DNA of 64,000 bases from Nitrosopumilus sp. (GTDB taxonomy: Archaea; Thermoproteota; Nitrososphaeria; Nitrososphaerales; Nitrosopumilaceae), in assembly GCA_965224195.1 (NCBI GenBank), contig OZ245040.1:1728001-1792000 (forward strand), written 5' to 3'. Under the pieces are notes generated by a model, which was not told where the DNA came from, did not search any database, and saw nothing but the letters and a program-made list of their open reading frames with translations. Positions within the stretch are counted from its first letter, which is position 1. Every line of letters starts with the position of its first letter. The position numbers and the translations under genes were made by a program. Positions 61,395-64,000 of the stretch are shown here, in pieces.

Positions 61395-61847
61395 TTATTC
61401 AAGATTCTTGAATTCTTCTTTAGTCATTCTTAAAATGACTTTTTCTCCTACACCCCAAATTTCAGATTTGGATAGGATTTTAGAATGCATGAAACCATCA
61501 GTGACTTCAATTGTTTCCAATTCATCTGTTTCTGAATTTTTATGCAATCGCTTTACTTTACCAATTTTGTGACCATCAATATCAGTTACAGGAATTCCAG
61601 TTCTCACAGGAGGTCTGCTAAGTAACAAAGTTTCCTCAGAAAACTTGTCAATATAATCCTCAGATAGAAAATAATCTCTATGAAATCCCTGGTGAATAGT
61701 CACACCATTAACAACTAGTGTGTCTTGGTTGATGTGAATATGTTTGACTTTGCCATATTGAATTCCTTCTCTATCAATGACTTTTTTTCCAGTAAATGTA
61801 TCTGCAGTTGCCAAATTGGTAGGCATTCCTTCAAGTTTTACGGACAT
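61395..61847 (-). CDS. Tandem PRC-barrel protein
   Basis: GKKVIDREG..YGKV and G.PV.D.DG..IGKV. Confidence 0.85.
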   Translation of the reverse strand: MSVKLEGMPTNLATADTFTGKKVIDREGIQYGKVKHIHINQDTLVVNGVTIHQGFHRDYFLSEDYIDKFSEETLLLSRPPVRTGIPVTDIDGHKIGKVKRLHKNSETDELETIEVTDGFMHSKILSKSEIWGVGEKVILRMTKEEFKNLE

Positions 61848-61935
61848 GCTAACAAATCAACAGGTTTACTTATCACACCGAATATCAGAAATTTCTATCA
61901 ATGGGGTTAAATTACTTGACAGAATAAAATTACGC

Positions 61936-62253
61936 ATGAGGATAAGCGAGGAATTATTCAGACCAATCCTAATTACAAAAGGGAGAAAAACAGGAAAAGA
62001 GCATGCTGTGATGCTCAGAGCAGTTAATCATAATGGGAAAATCTATTTTTCAAGACATAACCCAGATGGGGATTGGTTTCAAAACACATTGGTAAATCCA
62101 CTCGTCAAAATACAATATAACGATAATGTGTTCATTGGAAATGCAAAATTAGTTACAAATGAAACATTAAATGAAAAGATTTCTTTTCTAAAATATCCTG
62201 GAGAAGAAAGGGCTAAAGAAAAAAGAGTCGCAATTGAAGTTACGTTAAACTAG
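61936..62253 (+). CDS. Deazaflavin(F420)-dependent nitroreductase-like (split barrel) protein
   Basis: LITKGRKTGK, DWFQN...NP.V; start moved to ATG 61936. Confidence 0.8.
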   Translation: MRISEELFRPILITKGRKTGKEHAVMLRAVNHNGKIYFSRHNPDGDWFQNTLVNPLVKIQYNDNVFIGNAKLVTNETLNEKISFLKYPGEERAKEKRVAIEVTLN

Positions 62254-62992
62254 ATTTTCTAGATTTCCACAAATAGTATACTGTTAGTCCACCCAAAATA
62301 ATTGTAATTACAATAAAGGGTAAAAAGAAATCAGAGTTTACAGTCATCTCAGAATTGACTGCAGTATTTGCAACATCCATACTACGTTCTGCAACATCTT
62401 GGGAGTCAGATTCTGCAATCATTGGGGAAGATGCAGAAAATGAATCCATGGATTCATCACTTGGGATAGATTGTATACCTTTAGCAGATTCATCAATAGA
62501 AGAAATGCCACCATTCATTGTAAAATCATCTACACTGATGGTTTTGTTTTGAAATTGAGATAATGAAAGTAATCCAGAAACACCAGTGGCAATTCCAAGT
62601 CCTGCAATCTTGTAAATATGTCTAAATGAACGAACTAGTAATTTACTTTCTTTTGTTTTTTCAGATAAATTAGGTGGAACAATTACAATACTAAATTTTG
62701 ATGCAGTGTAAATTTTCATGTCTTGTGATTTTGAATTTTTTTCAATTTTGGATATTTTAACTACCCCAAGATGTTGCAATTTGTTAAGATGGTACTTTAC
62801 AAGTTGAAGAGACACATTACTTTTTTGCGCAATCTGAGATGCAGTTAATTCTTCATTGAACAATAATTGAAGTATTTCACGACTAGAATCATTTGTAAAT
62901 ATCTCACCAAAGGACTTTATCTGTTCATCATCTGTGGCAAGAATTTTGATATTTTCAATCAATTCATCATTTGGCAATTCATCAGTAGACAA
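62240..62992 (-). CDS. Membrane-anchored winged-HTH regulator
   Basis: ArsR-like HTH (SLQLVKYHL), two TM segments around a Ser-rich loop. Confidence 0.85.
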   Translation of the reverse strand: MSTDELPNDELIENIKILATDDEQIKSFGEIFTNDSSREILQLLFNEELTASQIAQKSNVSLQLVKYHLNKLQHLGVVKISKIEKNSKSQDMKIYTASKFSIVIVPPNLSEKTKESKLLVRSFRHIYKIAGLGIATGVSGLLSLSQFQNKTISVDDFTMNGGISSIDESAKGIQSIPSDESMDSFSASSPMIAESDSQDVAERSMDVANTAVNSEMTVNSDFFLPFIVITIILGGLTVYYLWKSRKSSLT

Positions 62993-63032
62993 TAGAGTAG
63001 ATTATCTAATTCTAGTATATGTAAATTGTTTG

Positions 63033-63050
63033 GTGAAATTTAAATTTCAC
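63033..63050. promoter_or_regulatory. Perfect 18-bp palindrome, candidate operator
   Basis: gtgaaatttaaatttcac in the divergent intergenic region. Confidence 0.65.
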
Positions 63051-63140
63051 TAAACCTTTTATCATAAACTACAAAATAATAGTAATCACTAAATTGGAGT
63101 TTTCAAAAAAAAGAGGCATCCAACTAAATGAGGAGAAAAA

Positions 63141-64000
63141 ATGAATACAAAAATAATAATAATACCAATTGTAATTGCCATTTCGGTAACAATCACAGCA
63201 GGAATTATGTTCTCATTAGGATTTGACAATCAACCACAAATTACACAAACATCTCAAACTGAAATAATCTATGTTGACAAAACAATTTCAGAATTTTTTA
63301 AAGGAACAAACAATGCTAAAAAAATAGCATCTCAGGAAGAGCTAAAAAATATTCTTGAAACATCATCATTGCTTGGAGGTAATTTTTACAATGGAGGGTT
63401 TATGGGAAATAGAGGATCAGTAAATTTTGCATTTTCTGAAGAATCATCCATGGATATAGCAGTAACAGCATCAGCACCAAATGTTGCCAAATCACAATCA
63501 GGTGGATCAGATTATTCAACAACAAATGTTCAAGTACAAAATGTAGATGAACCAGACTATCTCAAAAATGATTCAAAGTACGTATACATTGCATCACACA
63601 ATACACTTTCAATCATTGATGCATATCCGGCAGAATCTGCAAAATTAGTTTTAAAAATTGCATTAGATATTGAATCACAATACATTCAGAATATGTTCCT
63701 AAATGACGATAGACTTGTAATTTTCTACAATGGTCAAAGTGATGATGAAATTATTCCACAGTATGACTTTGTTCCAATACGCTCACACAGTTCAGTTACA
63801 CATGCATTAATTGTAGATGTATCAAACAAAGAAAACCCAACAATTCTAAAAGATTATTCCATCGATGGTAATTTCATGGATGCACGAATGATTGGAAATT
63901 ATGCTTACTTTGTTACAAACAGTAACGTGAATTATCAATATCCAAAACTCCCAGTAATAATGGAGGATTCAATTAGAATAATGACACCAGATGCATTCTA
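63141..64000 (+). CDS. Secreted beta-propeller domain protein (partial)
   Basis: N-terminal TM, DYSTTNVQVQNVDEPDYLKND; open to the window end. Confidence 0.85.
   Translation, partial: MNTKIIIIPIVIAISVTITAGIMFSLGFDNQPQITQTSQTEIIYVDKTISEFFKGTNNAKKIASQEELKNILETSSLLGGNFYNGGFMGNRGSVNFAFSEESSMDIAVTASAPNVAKSQSGGSDYSTTNVQVQNVDEPDYLKNDSKYVYIASHNTLSIIDAYPAESAKLVLKIALDIESQYIQNMFLNDDRLVIFYNGQSDDEIIPQYDFVPIRSHSSVTHALIVDVSNKENPTILKDYSIDGNFMDARMIGNYAYFVTNSNVNYQYPKLPVIMEDSIRIMTPDAF

Overview
Archaeal chromosome segment. Gene content, gene order and low GC point to a Nitrosopumilus-like ammonia-oxidising thaumarchaeote. The core backbone carries pus10, srp54, dph6, aIF5A, aIF1A, scpAB, rps8e, srp19, gar1, TFB, a split suf system, tetrapyrrole/siroheme/heme genes, pgk, an ars module, sbtAB, pit, an ABC exporter and two intron-containing tRNAs (Tyr, Leu). 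Four accessory tracts interrupt it. (1) 1-8690: a GC-rich giant FG-GAP-repeat surface protein (missed by the ORF track), a truncated tyrosine integrase, and a tandem array of two small cargo cassettes (nuclease-like gene; three-gene toxin-antitoxin locus). The cassettes are delimited by three copies of a conserved arm-core-arm site, the last abutting the pus10 stop codon. This is the best candidate for an undescribed system. (2) ~15550-19971: decayed HEPN/GGCT/exonuclease genes and a cargo-carrying IS6-like transposon with 68-bp inverted ends and a CRISPR-sized repeat-spacer-repeat at its left end. (3) ~26310-29000: IS1595 remnant, CFI-box protein and a nonsense-mutated S1 protease. (4) An IS5-family element splitting a GT39-like glycosyltransferase. 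Also found: a box C/D sRNA predicted to target C34 of a CAU tRNA, several Zn-finger microproteins, candidate operators, and many pseudogenes. All family assignments come from motif recognition by eye; no database searches were run.
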